Origin: a virus
Taxonomy: Duplodnaviria; Caudoviricetes
IMG/VR virus record: IMGVR_UViG_3300020460_000021
Location: 1-51,379 of that record
Direction: 5' to 3' (one strand)
Length of the DNA: 51,379 bases
Shown here: one piece after another, positions 35,546 through 44,494 of the stretch
Position numbering within the stretch: position 1 is the stretch's first letter
Layout: each line of letters begins with the position of its first letter
Program-made: the position numbers and the translations under genes
The notes under the pieces: generated by a model
Seen by the model: the letters and a program-made list of their open reading frames with translations, nothing else
Databases searched by the model: none
What the model was told of the DNA's origin: nothing

Positions 35546-37162
35546 TTATTTCCAAACTGCGTGAGCTTCTGGCATAAGAGCTTCCAAACCTGCCTCAGTT
35601 TGAATGAGGTCGATTCTTCTGTCTACACCTGTGTTTTCAAGGGATTGAACTCCAACATAGATTGAAGTGTCTCTATTAACGCCATTACCTACTAAAGGTC
35701 TGTAAGCAACATGCTTCATATTAACACCAATCATCTTGATACCTGCATTGCCTGTATCTAAGTGGATATTACGTGTGACATTCATATCTCCATAAGGAGT
35801 AGAAATAGTAGTAATATCGAGTCCAAACTTCTTACTCTTACCAGTAATAGCCATATCAGCTCTTCCTAGTGAGTTTTGAGAAGTTCCTACGCTATTTCCT
35901 GCAAGTCCAGGCTGTACCCTAGATACATTGTTTGCAAAGTAACCACTTAATTTGTGCAACCAATTGTAAATATCAGTTGAGCACATAAATAGAGTTGCTC
36001 CTGCATTGTTGTATCTTGGATCTAAATAATTACTTAGGTCATCTAAGAAATCATCCTGTGACTTTGTACCTGTAGCTAGTGAGAATATGTTTCCATTGTT
36101 AAGAGCATAATCTACGATACCTTGAGTGTACCTTGTTGTGCCAGAGGCATACTTAGTACCAAAAAGCAATGCTTGCTCAATGTCGTATTTATGTTCAATT
36201 AACTTTTGTTTCCATATTCTAGCCCACTCATCAGGAACAAGCTTAAGCTGTGTAGCTCTTGCAGTATTAGTCATTTGACAAGTTGTTTTGAATATTTGAG
36301 TAAATCCAAAAACATCGGAATATGGTTGGTCTTGCCATGTATCAGGGAAAGTTGACCCTTCTGCATGTGCATTACCTACAGCATATACTTTATCGCCTTC
36401 TACAAAACCTGTTGCAACATGAGCATCAAAAGTAGTTCCTGAAGCTTCATATTGTGCACCTGGAATTGAGAAAAGGTCATAATCTCCAACTGTGATTGGT
36501 CTTACAACAGTTACAAAAGCGGCGACCGCTTCAGCATCGTTGTTAGAATCAAATGGAGTTGTAGATACATTAGTTACTTTAACCACTAAATAATCTTCAT
36601 CATACATAGCACTTGTAGGTACGTTTTCATCTGACAAAGTATGAGTAGAACCAGTTTCGTGTTTTCTGATTGGGATTTTTAGAAGTTGACCTGCTACGAT
36701 AAATTTAGGTTGTGTACCAGAAGAACCTACGGTAATTCCAGTTTGACCTAAAACAGATTGTATATTGCCTTGACTTTTGAAATCAGTTTCTAATTTGATA
36801 CCAAAAGTTTGCCCTTGAGCAAGTTTAGCACCTGCTAAGGAATATTCAGCATATGCATTTCCGTCATCATCATAGTTACTAGAAGTTGCATCTGAATCGA
36901 TAGCTACCACATACGCATAACGCTTGTGCCAACTGTGACGCATTTCTAGAGCTTTGAATTCGGGATCATCGGTTGGTTTTTTCGCCGCCATTGCGAGGAA
37001 ACGAAAAAACGGAGTTTGGTCAATTGCTAGCTCAGATACTCTATCTCCAAAATTGTATCTTCGTCTAAGGTCGCCAATACCTGAACCACCTGTGTCAGGG
37101 CTAGCACCTTTCGTAGACGGAGCAACATCGAGAGTTGATAAAAATAATGGATTATCAGCCAT
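35546..37162 (-). CDS. Major capsid protein (HK97 fold, DUF5309-like, with insertion)
   Basis: TPFF.FL, GNAHAEGS, TQIFKT, EHK.DIEQALLFG and TEAGLE..PEAH; follows portal and scaffold. Confidence 0.9.
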   Translation of the reverse strand: MADNPLFLSTLDVAPSTKGASPDTGGSGIGDLRRRYNFGDRVSELAIDQTPFFRFLAMAAKKPTDDPEFKALEMRHSWHKRYAYVVAIDSDATSSNYDDDGNAYAEYSLAGAKLAQGQTFGIKLETDFKSQGNIQSVLGQTGITVGSSGTQPKFIVAGQLLKIPIRKHETGSTHTLSDENVPTSAMYDEDYLVVKVTNVSTTPFDSNNDAEAVAAFVTVVRPITVGDYDLFSIPGAQYEASGTTFDAHVATGFVEGDKVYAVGNAHAEGSTFPDTWQDQPYSDVFGFTQIFKTTCQMTNTARATQLKLVPDEWARIWKQKLIEHKYDIEQALLFGTKYASGTTRYTQGIVDYALNNGNIFSLATGTKSQDDFLDDLSNYLDPRYNNAGATLFMCSTDIYNWLHKLSGYFANNVSRVQPGLAGNSVGTSQNSLGRADMAITGKSKKFGLDITTISTPYGDMNVTRNIHLDTGNAGIKMIGVNMKHVAYRPLVGNGVNRDTSIYVGVQSLENTGVDRRIDLIQTEAGLEALMPEAHAVWK

Positions 37163-37204
37163 GTTTATTTCCTTTCTCTATAGAAAGTCCATAAACCTAA
37201 TTAC

Positions 37205-38107
37205 TTATGAAAATAAGCTATCTACTCCATTGTCTAGGTTCTTTAACGACTCAAAGATTTGTTCATTAACATCAGTCGTTCTTGACTGGCTATTAGTTGA
37301 ACTCGCAGATGTTGGTATGTTACGAACCGCTTTCATCTGATTTAACATATCAGATTTTGTGTTTTTAGCAACGTTATTAGCAACTCTATCTTTATTTTTC
37401 AAATAATAAATATCTTCATAACTCATTTTATGGCTTTTGGCAAAATCCATTAACTCATTAAAATCGCTATCTTTCATATTCATTTTTTGTTTAAAAGCAG
37501 AGGCTTCTTTTTCTCTTGCTTGTGAAGCAATTTCATCGTTGCGTTGTTGTTTATCTTGAGCCAATTGTTGATTGACTCTTCCTTCTACTACACGATCTAT
37601 CATTCCACTAAATACTTTAGCAGAATCACTCTTCGGGTTCGCAACAGCATCATCAATATTAAATTCGAAATCGTCACCTAGTTGAAGTTCTTCACTTATT
37701 GATTTAGGTTTATTTCCTTCTTCTAGATATTCTCTTATTGTTGATACCAAGCCCTCATCATTTTTAAGGGCATCCACGAACGGTTTAAACGGAGTAAGCT
37801 CATCTGATTGCTCTTTTAATCTAAGAGCTTCTCTTGACGAATCTTTATACCGCTTTTCCCAATCTATCTTTTCTTCCGATGAGTCCACTTCTGGAGTTAC
37901 ATCCTCTTCGATTGATTGTGTAATTTGGGGGCTATCTTCTTGACCATCTTGAATTGCACCGTTCACTTCACGATCCAAGTCTTCAAAAAACCCATTTGTA
38001 GAGCCAAATATAGAATCACCTACTGCATCCTGACTCGATTCCTCGGTCGTTATGTTAGATGGAGCTTCTTCTATCTCTGGGTTATCTACGCCTTGCATTT
38101 CACTCAT
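37205..38107 (-). CDS. Scaffolding protein
   Basis: Acidic N-terminus, WEKRYKDSSREA, helical; between portal and capsid. Confidence 0.8.
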   Translation of the reverse strand: MSEMQGVDNPEIEEAPSNITTEESSQDAVGDSIFGSTNGFFEDLDREVNGAIQDGQEDSPQITQSIEEDVTPEVDSSEEKIDWEKRYKDSSREALRLKEQSDELTPFKPFVDALKNDEGLVSTIREYLEEGNKPKSISEELQLGDDFEFNIDDAVANPKSDSAKVFSGMIDRVVEGRVNQQLAQDKQQRNDEIASQAREKEASAFKQKMNMKDSDFNELMDFAKSHKMSYEDIYYLKNKDRVANNVAKNTKSDMLNQMKAVRNIPTSASSTNSQSRTTDVNEQIFESLKNLDNGVDSLFS

Positions 38108-40335
38108 TATTGCTCTCCTATTCCATTAAGTTGTTGTTTTCTCATAAGTCTTCGTTGCATATCACTTTCTGCTTTTACTTTATCTGCACTTCTACCATGA
38201 GAAAGTTTTGTGTCTTGTACACTCTTTTTGATCTCTGTTTCTGCTTGCATAACTTTTTGTTTGATACCTGCTTGTACGAGTTGTCTTTCGAGTGTTTCAA
38301 TTGTACCTTCTTTGTCTTGCATCTGTTTTTTCATTTTTTCTAATTGACTAGATAATTGTGAATACAGACTTTTGCGTTGTACAATCTTTTCTTTGTTTCT
38401 AATATCGGTTTCTGCTAGAACTGCAATATCATCTACAATACCTAGCTTCATTAATTCTTTTAATTCTGCTAAATAAGCCCATCTATTAATTGGGAGTGTA
38501 GAACCTGCTACAATACGAACATCAAATTTGGCGGTTGAATAATCATTCCATTTGCCAATAGCAATACCATAATCATTATAGATAGGTACGTTTATTTCTA
38601 CTTCTTTGATATTCTCTATATTGTTTGGTTGTACAATTCTCATCACTTTGTGAGCTTGATAAACCTTTTGTGAAAAATCTTTGACTACTTCACCAAGTTG
38701 TTTCAAACTAGGTTCAATAGCACTTTTTAACCATTGCTTAACCCGTCTAGTTCCATATTCATCTAAGGCAAGTAACCCTCTATAGGTTTCATTGGCTTGG
38801 TCTGGAGAGCCCATTGAAGTTCCATAGATACCTGCTAGATATTCCATATCCATTTTACCGTTTTGTGTGATTTGATAAAATGCATTGGATAGTTGTGCAG
38901 GTTGCACTTCTTTTGGTGGGTCATACCCAGAATTTACAGGTAACAATGCCCCAGGAGCAGTTGCAAATTTTTCCCAATAAGAGGTGTCAATTGACCCTTC
39001 ATAATACATCCATCTGAGTGATGAACCTAATGACGCATTGTGTATCATAAGCTGATGTGCTTTGTTGATTTCTTGTTGTTTACCAACCAAAGGTGAAACT
39101 GCACTCATTGGGAAGGGTGTGCCCGTCCACTTATACATAAAGGGAACAATGGGATAATGTTCAGAAGGGAGTATATCCTCTGAAAGAGTTATATCTCCTG
39201 ATACTTTGGTTAGTTTAATTTGTGGTTTATGAAATTCAACGACATCAACAATCGATTTTTGAAATGCTTTGTTGTCTTTAAAAATTTTAAATTCTTTTGG
39301 AGTAAGCACTTTGTTTTCTATAATAGAAATCTCTTGTTGTGCTTGAGCCATAAGTTGAGTAGAAAGTAAAGCAAGTTGTGCTTCGTTTTCTTTCATTCTT
39401 TTATCTAGCTCTAACTCCATTCTTTCTTGCATAATAGCACCTGCTTCTAATTGCCCTGCAAGATTTTGTTGTAATTCTTTAAATGCTACTTCCATTTCTG
39501 CTTGAGTTTCTGCTATTTGTGTATTTACTTTCTTTTGAACCATCTCAAGTTCTTCTTTAGATGGAATACGATTGTAGAATACATTCAGTAGTTTCGTTTT
39601 TTCTTTTTCGTATACTTCAAAATATTCTACTAACTCACTTTGCTGACCATCATTATCATACCCTGTTTTAATATCTTGATATTGAAAATCATTGGATAAT
39701 TCTGGTTTAGAAGAATAATCATAATCAGAGGCATGTCTACTAGCACTTCTATCAATTTTTGCTCTATGTTCTGGGTACATATTTGCTAACTGTACTTTTG
39801 GTAATACTTTACGTACTATAATGTGGGTTGCATCTTTAAAAAGTGGATCTCTTGATTTAGGGTCTATGTACACATCAAATGGGTCTGGTTGTTGTATAAC
39901 AACTTCTCCCATTCCTCTATCTGCATTTGGGTCTACAGTAACAAGTAAATAACCAACGGATTTAGTCACGCTATCACTAATAACATTAGAATACAATGCT
40001 TGACCATTTGAATTGTGCCAAATATAATCTGCTACATCTGCATAGACCGCCGCAACATCACTATCAGATTCTTCACTTCCAATCGCTTGCCATCTTGGTG
40101 TGTTGCTCGTTGCATAATAATTCAGCATTTCTACTACAGGTATAATACGATTAACCGTAAAGGTTGGCATTCCTTGGTCTTCGAGTTGTTGTTTATCTTG
40201 TTCATCGATTTGATTATCTAGATAAAAATCGTGACCTTCTTGATTGACTGTTTCCCAGTTCTGTCTTGTGCTATCATTAATAGCATCAAATAATTTTCGT
40301 ATCCTATTGGCTCTTTTATCTTCTCTTTTTGCCAT
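38107..40335 (-). CDS. Portal protein (P22-like)
   Basis: FY..NQ, P.FTVNRI, DP..VYIDP.S.D..F.DA, YPIVP and QQEINK; follows terL. Confidence 0.9.
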   Translation of the reverse strand: MAKREDKRANRIRKLFDAINDSTRQNWETVNQEGHDFYLDNQIDEQDKQQLEDQGMPTFTVNRIIPVVEMLNYYATSNTPRWQAIGSEESDSDVAAVYADVADYIWHNSNGQALYSNVISDSVTKSVGYLLVTVDPNADRGMGEVVIQQPDPFDVYIDPKSRDPLFKDATHIIVRKVLPKVQLANMYPEHRAKIDRSASRHASDYDYSSKPELSNDFQYQDIKTGYDNDGQQSELVEYFEVYEKEKTKLLNVFYNRIPSKEELEMVQKKVNTQIAETQAEMEVAFKELQQNLAGQLEAGAIMQERMELELDKRMKENEAQLALLSTQLMAQAQQEISIIENKVLTPKEFKIFKDNKAFQKSIVDVVEFHKPQIKLTKVSGDITLSEDILPSEHYPIVPFMYKWTGTPFPMSAVSPLVGKQQEINKAHQLMIHNASLGSSLRWMYYEGSIDTSYWEKFATAPGALLPVNSGYDPPKEVQPAQLSNAFYQITQNGKMDMEYLAGIYGTSMGSPDQANETYRGLLALDEYGTRRVKQWLKSAIEPSLKQLGEVVKDFSQKVYQAHKVMRIVQPNNIENIKEVEINVPIYNDYGIAIGKWNDYSTAKFDVRIVAGSTLPINRWAYLAELKELMKLGIVDDIAVLAETDIRNKEKIVQRKSLYSQLSSQLEKMKKQMQDKEGTIETLERQLVQAGIKQKVMQAETEIKKSVQDTKLSHGRSADKVKAESDMQRRLMRKQQLNGIGEQ

Positions 40336-41885
40336 TAAGCAAGTACCCAACTTTTAGGACGACTTCTGATATTTTTGGATATTACACCGTTTTCACGGTT
40401 TAGATTCTTCGGAGGAATCGCATATTTGGTTGCATATGCTAAGGCATCGATGGTGTCATCGTGTGCCATGCGGTTGCCAAATGTAAGAATTTCGTGGTGT
40501 AAATCATAATGATTCTTCTTCATTAGTATTTGACCTATCGAAAAACGTTGTGCTAGTATACCTTGAATTCTGTCTCTTTTAGACTGTCTTGTTCCTGGCT
40601 TTTCTTCTTTCCACTTTACACTAAAATCGTTTCTACGAAGAGATTCGCTTCTTAATGCTTGAAAGATGGGTCTACTCATAGTAGTATCTTCCACAACAAA
40701 TAAATTAGGATTGTACATATGAGCATACTGGAACATATAATCAACAATACCTGCTTTTCCTTCTCCCAAGATTGCCATGACAGGAATACCTCTTTCTCTG
40801 ACATAATCCAACACATACACTCGGTTATTTTCATCCACACCAACAGCAAGGATAACACTATAATCACTATCACGCCTATGAATGTCGGTAGCAGGATCAA
40901 CACCAATGAAGACATTAATAGGTCGATATTGATCTTCCGTCCAGATATAACTAACCCCATGCTCTTCATTGAACTCATAATGCCCTTCGTAATACTTAAT
41001 ATGGTTTGAATTAAATACTGAGTCTTCTTCACTTTGCACCTCCATCATATATTCTTGATAAAATTTCTGAGGTTGCCCACTATCTCTGTAAAATATTTTT
41101 TTCTCTTCTAGTTTTTCTTTTGTGAACCATGAAGACCATAAAGAGTCTCCATTTCTATTGATTGCCTTATACAACATGACCTTCCAAGCAAAATCCTTTT
41201 TATCTTTCTTTGCTTTTTCACTATTTGCAATAAGATTGTTTATAAAAGAATCATAATGAACAGGAGTGCCATTAATTCTAAGGCGACCAGTATGAGGCTC
41301 GAGAGCAGGATAAACGACCGCAGTGATAAGGTTTGCGTTTTTCGCTCTAGCATCTGTAGTAAGTGTGTTATTTTCATCTTCAAAGTCATCCAATATAATA
41401 AGGTCATAGCGTTTATGAAGTTTTGCACCTCCACGAATACCTGACACGTTTGATTTAGAAAGGAGCTTACATCCGTTGGAAAGCTCTATGTCTTCCTCCG
41501 TCCATTTACGTCCTTTCAAGTTTCCAAAATAATATTTAATCTTCTCGTTAAATTCCAAATGGGTTTTGACATAATCCATATTTCCTGACGCCAGTTTTTG
41601 TGTAGCTGATACCCATCCATAAAACAACGGTTCACGTGCAAAACAAAAGGACTGGAGCAAATCACATTTAGTCAGTACTGTTTTCCCATGTCCTCTTGGC
41701 ATAATGATAGCAAGTTGTTTGTTATTTTCATCGGATATCTCATCTGCTACCTCAAAATGAAACGGAGGTGTTTCACTTCTAAGAAAGTCATCAGGCAAAA
41801 AGAGCTTACCAAAAGCGATAAGGTCTTTACTAGCAAGCCTTAATGCTTCTTCAGCTCTTGATACATTTTCTTTATTTATATTCAG
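40335..41885 (-). CDS. terL: Terminase large subunit (probable CTG start at 41885)
   Basis: Walker A PRGHGKT, Walker B LIILDDFE, GTP, QEY, nuclease GVDPA and HDD.IDALAY. Confidence 0.93.
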   Translation of the reverse strand: MNINKENVSRAEEALRLASKDLIAFGKLFLPDDFLRSETPPFHFEVADEISDENNKQLAIIMPRGHGKTVLTKCDLLQSFCFAREPLFYGWVSATQKLASGNMDYVKTHLEFNEKIKYYFGNLKGRKWTEEDIELSNGCKLLSKSNVSGIRGGAKLHKRYDLIILDDFEDENNTLTTDARAKNANLITAVVYPALEPHTGRLRINGTPVHYDSFINNLIANSEKAKKDKKDFAWKVMLYKAINRNGDSLWSSWFTKEKLEEKKIFYRDSGQPQKFYQEYMMEVQSEEDSVFNSNHIKYYEGHYEFNEEHGVSYIWTEDQYRPINVFIGVDPATDIHRRDSDYSVILAVGVDENNRVYVLDYVRERGIPVMAILGEGKAGIVDYMFQYAHMYNPNLFVVEDTTMSRPIFQALRSESLRRNDFSVKWKEEKPGTRQSKRDRIQGILAQRFSIGQILMKKNHYDLHHEILTFGNRMAHDDTIDALAYATKYAIPPKNLNRENGVISKNIRSRPKSWVLA

Positions 41886-42181
41886 CTTCCAGACCTTCTT
41901 TTTCTTGGTGACCCTCTCCCATTACCTAACTTGCTTTCGATGTAATTCAAATGATTAGTAGTCTCATCATCTAAATGATTGATCTGTTTTCCGAGCTCTT
42001 TTATATCCTCTGAAAAAGAATCTTTCATTTCATTCTTAGCATCGATAAGCTTGATAATAATTTCTTGTAGGTCATCTATTTTTTTATTGAGTTCACCTGT
42101 CATCCACTTGAATACACCAAACAATAAAACTGCACATAGACCTGCAAATCCTAATTCTGCAAAATTACTGATATCTGGCAT
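41882..42181 (-). CDS. Membrane protein with coiled coil
   Basis: N-terminal TM helix LGFAGLCAVLLFGVF. Confidence 0.65.
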   Translation of the reverse strand: MPDISNFAELGFAGLCAVLLFGVFKWMTGELNKKIDDLQEIIIKLIDAKNEMKDSFSEDIKELGKQINHLDDETTNHLNYIESKLGNGRGSPRKRRSGS

Positions 42182-42468
42182 TATCCATAGTAGGCAAGTA
42201 CGGTGCCTGACCCTAAGGTTATAGAAGAAAAAGCTCCATAGATAATATCATCTTGGCGAATAGTTAAGCTAGAAATGTTGTCTCCTATCTTGCTAGTAGC
42301 AGATACAGAAGCATTTCCACCAACTACTTTTATCGCTACAAATGTACCCGTGTGGGCATTCGTATCTGATATCACCTTGAAACCTTGTTGACCTAGTTTC
42401 AGGTTGTTGGATTCGACTACGGTATAACGAACTTTGCCATATTTGGCATCTGAGGTTGTAATTGTCAT
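42181..42468 (-). CDS. Hypothetical beta-rich structural protein
   Basis: 95 aa; AGGAG RBS; IYG.F.SI.L.SG.VLAY ending. Confidence 0.7.
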   Translation of the reverse strand: MTITTSDAKYGKVRYTVVESNNLKLGQQGFKVISDTNAHTGTFVAIKVVGGNASVSATSKIGDNISSLTIRQDDIIYGAFSSITLGSGTVLAYYG

Positions 42469-42524
42469 CTTGAACTCCTAACGCACCTTACCGAGCTTGA
42501 CAACTCTCATGGGTGCTAGTTACG

Positions 42525-43250
42525 TCACTCTTCGTGAGCAGGAAGTTCAGGTCGTACGGCAGACGCAATTTCTTTAGAGTCAAATCCTTGAAAGACCGAC
42601 CCTGTTACTTGCGTCACCTTTTGTTTAGGCACAACCTCCGCCGCATCCCATAACATTTGGAATGCTTTAAGCCTATCAATAGGTCGACCCTCTGGATTAT
42701 CTGCTTCAGATTTTACACCATCCACTAAATACGTTAGGTCGATTCCTAAATCCTTGAACACCTTGTCTAATTCTTCTTTAACTGCTGACACGATTCGTTC
42801 CTGTTTGATTAATATTCCTGATCTAATTTTCGCATACTGATTGTTGTCTGTTGAAAACGACTTCTTGTATGCCTCTTGTGGATTCAAACCCAGAGCAATA
42901 TATTTTGAGAACATTGCTTCCTGAGCAGTTAGGTTCTTACGTTTTTGAACGGAATCAAGGTGGTTATTGTTCCCTCCGAACGAATAGATATTTTTACGTT
43001 TGGACGTATCCATTAGTTGGGATTTGGAACAAATGAAAGTACCTGTACAAGTGCCTACATAAGACACTTTCTTTTTATGCTTCATCATCTTTCCACCTCT
43101 GAGGATTTGGATAACGCAACCATCATCGGCTACGACCCAGTCTCCAACAGAAGCTTTTCTCCAATCAAGCTTGTACTGAATGGACGTTGGTACTTCATCA
43201 ACGGCATCATAGACATTGTGAATTTCTTTCTTTACCTCATACTCACGCAT
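42525..43250 (-). CDS. Probable terminase small subunit
   Basis: LT.QE..F..Y...G.NP..AY..SF HTH and RLKA..ML; upstream of terL. Confidence 0.65.
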   Translation of the reverse strand: MREYEVKKEIHNVYDAVDEVPTSIQYKLDWRKASVGDWVVADDGCVIQILRGGKMMKHKKKVSYVGTCTGTFICSKSQLMDTSKRKNIYSFGGNNNHLDSVQKRKNLTAQEAMFSKYIALGLNPQEAYKKSFSTDNNQYAKIRSGILIKQERIVSAVKEELDKVFKDLGIDLTYLVDGVKSEADNPEGRPIDRLKAFQMLWDAAEVVPKQKVTQVTGSVFQGFDSKEIASAVRPELPAHEE

Positions 43251-43461
43251 CAGGCATTACACCACCACAATTATTGACGACAAGTTCAAATACTTTATCT
43301 CTTTCTTGTGGATTCATCTCATCTAAGTGTTCGCTAAATGAAGCGGGTACATCTACCTTAAATGATTTCTTTTTCGGTGCAATATCTACGATTTTTTCTT
43401 CAAGCGATTCTAATCTATCACTTTGTTCGTTATATACTATGGTTAAAGTATATTTTTTCAT
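43243..43461 (-). CDS. Hypothetical protein, first gene of the late arm
   Basis: 72 aa; overlaps the terS start. Confidence 0.65.
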   Translation of the reverse strand: MKKYTLTIVYNEQSDRLESLEEKIVDIAPKKKSFKVDVPASFSEHLDEMNPQERDKVFELVVNNCGGVMPDA

Positions 43462-43730
43462 ATCTAAAGTTAAACATCCTAATTATTTTTACGTTCAAAA
43501 AAACCCGTTGTTGACTTTTACATCTGTGGGGGTTACCTTCGGTTGGACACAACCACAACAAGACCGTCCCTTTTTTTTCTACTCCCCTCTACAACTCCTT
43601 TTATAGATCCCAAAGTTTCAAAATTGTAGCATTTTGATATACGGCCTGTATTAGTACGGGTGCCCCTATGACAGAGAAATGCAAAGAGCATTTTAGTTAT
43701 TTATTAATCCAACATAAGGAGACTTTCAAT

Positions 43731-44069
43731 ATGAAAGCAAATTATCAATCAATGTATTTAACTCAATCAGCCGAAGACGGCACTTGGCTTTATACTTTAC
43801 CTAAGGTCAATCGTTCAATAGTTGATGGCCCTGTTAAAGGTCAAGTTGTTGAAGGTCGTCAACGCTATCAGCGTGATGAGGAAGGGAACTACCTTCAGAA
43901 TTCCGCTAAGTTAGAAGAGCAATCCACTTTCAAGTGGCATTATATTGTTCTTGATAGCAATTTGAATGACCTTCAAAGAGCAGATATCCTCAAGGAGGGA
44001 TATCCACCTGTTGTGGGCGTCGACGTGAACGCAGACGTTCTGACGGTCGACTGGAACTTTCTATCGTAA
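43731..44069 (+). CDS. Hypothetical protein, first gene of the early arm
   Basis: AAGGAG RBS before ATG 43731; followed by a terminator. Confidence 0.75.
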   Translation: MKANYQSMYLTQSAEDGTWLYTLPKVNRSIVDGPVKGQVVEGRQRYQRDEEGNYLQNSAKLEEQSTFKWHYIVLDSNLNDLQRADILKEGYPPVVGVDVNADVLTVDWNFLS

Positions 44070-44070
44070 G

Positions 44071-44094
44071 AAAGAAAGAAAGAAAGAAAGAAAG
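44071..44094 (+). repeat. (AAAG)6 microsatellite
   Basis: Six perfect copies between the stop codon and the terminator. Confidence 0.9.
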
Positions 44095-44117
44095 AGACAC
44101 AAGAGTGTCTCTTTTTT
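44091..44117 (+). terminator. Intrinsic terminator
   Basis: AAAGAGACAC-AAGA-GTGTCTCTTT running into a T-tract. Confidence 0.8.
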
Positions 44118-44156
44118 GATTTCCCATAAAATTTCACTAAAAAAAAGGAATTTAAA

Positions 44157-44294
44157 ATGACATACGAATTAAATATAGTTCATATAGTACAGATATTTTA
44201 CACAGGTATACTAATAGGTTCAATAATGTATGCTATACATATAAACCCTCATTTAAAGAAACAGACATCAATTAAACATCAGGATAAATCATGA
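44157..44294 (+). CDS. Small membrane peptide (45 aa)
   Basis: Translated by hand; AAGGA RBS; one TM segment; ATGA overlap with the next gene. Confidence 0.65.
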   Translation: MTYELNIVHIVQIFYTGILIGSIMYAIHINPHLKKQTSIKHQDKS

Positions 44295-44494
44295 GAGGCA
44301 GTTGGCAATGGGTAGTCTATGATGAAAACAATGAACCACATTATTTTACAGATAAAATTGAGGCATTTAAATATTATCATAATGTGGTCGATAATCTACC
44401 AAATTATAATGAATTCTGTGATGTATTAGAATATAAAAGACATCCTTCTGTTGTAAAATTTTGGAAAAGAAATAGTCTACCTGATAAATGTTAA
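44291..44494 (+). CDS. Hypothetical protein
   Basis: 67 aa; AGGA RBS. Confidence 0.65.
   Translation: MRGSWQWVVYDENNEPHYFTDKIEAFKYYHNVVDNLPNYNEFCDVLEYKRHPSVVKFWKRNSLPDKC

Noticed and set aside
7749-43461. Stop-codon reassignment as seen in some crAss-like phages
   Set aside because: Long genes are intact and tightly packed under the standard bacterial code
43187-43606. 139-aa + strand ORF
   Set aside because: Antisense to two coupled late genes and runs through a low-complexity tract
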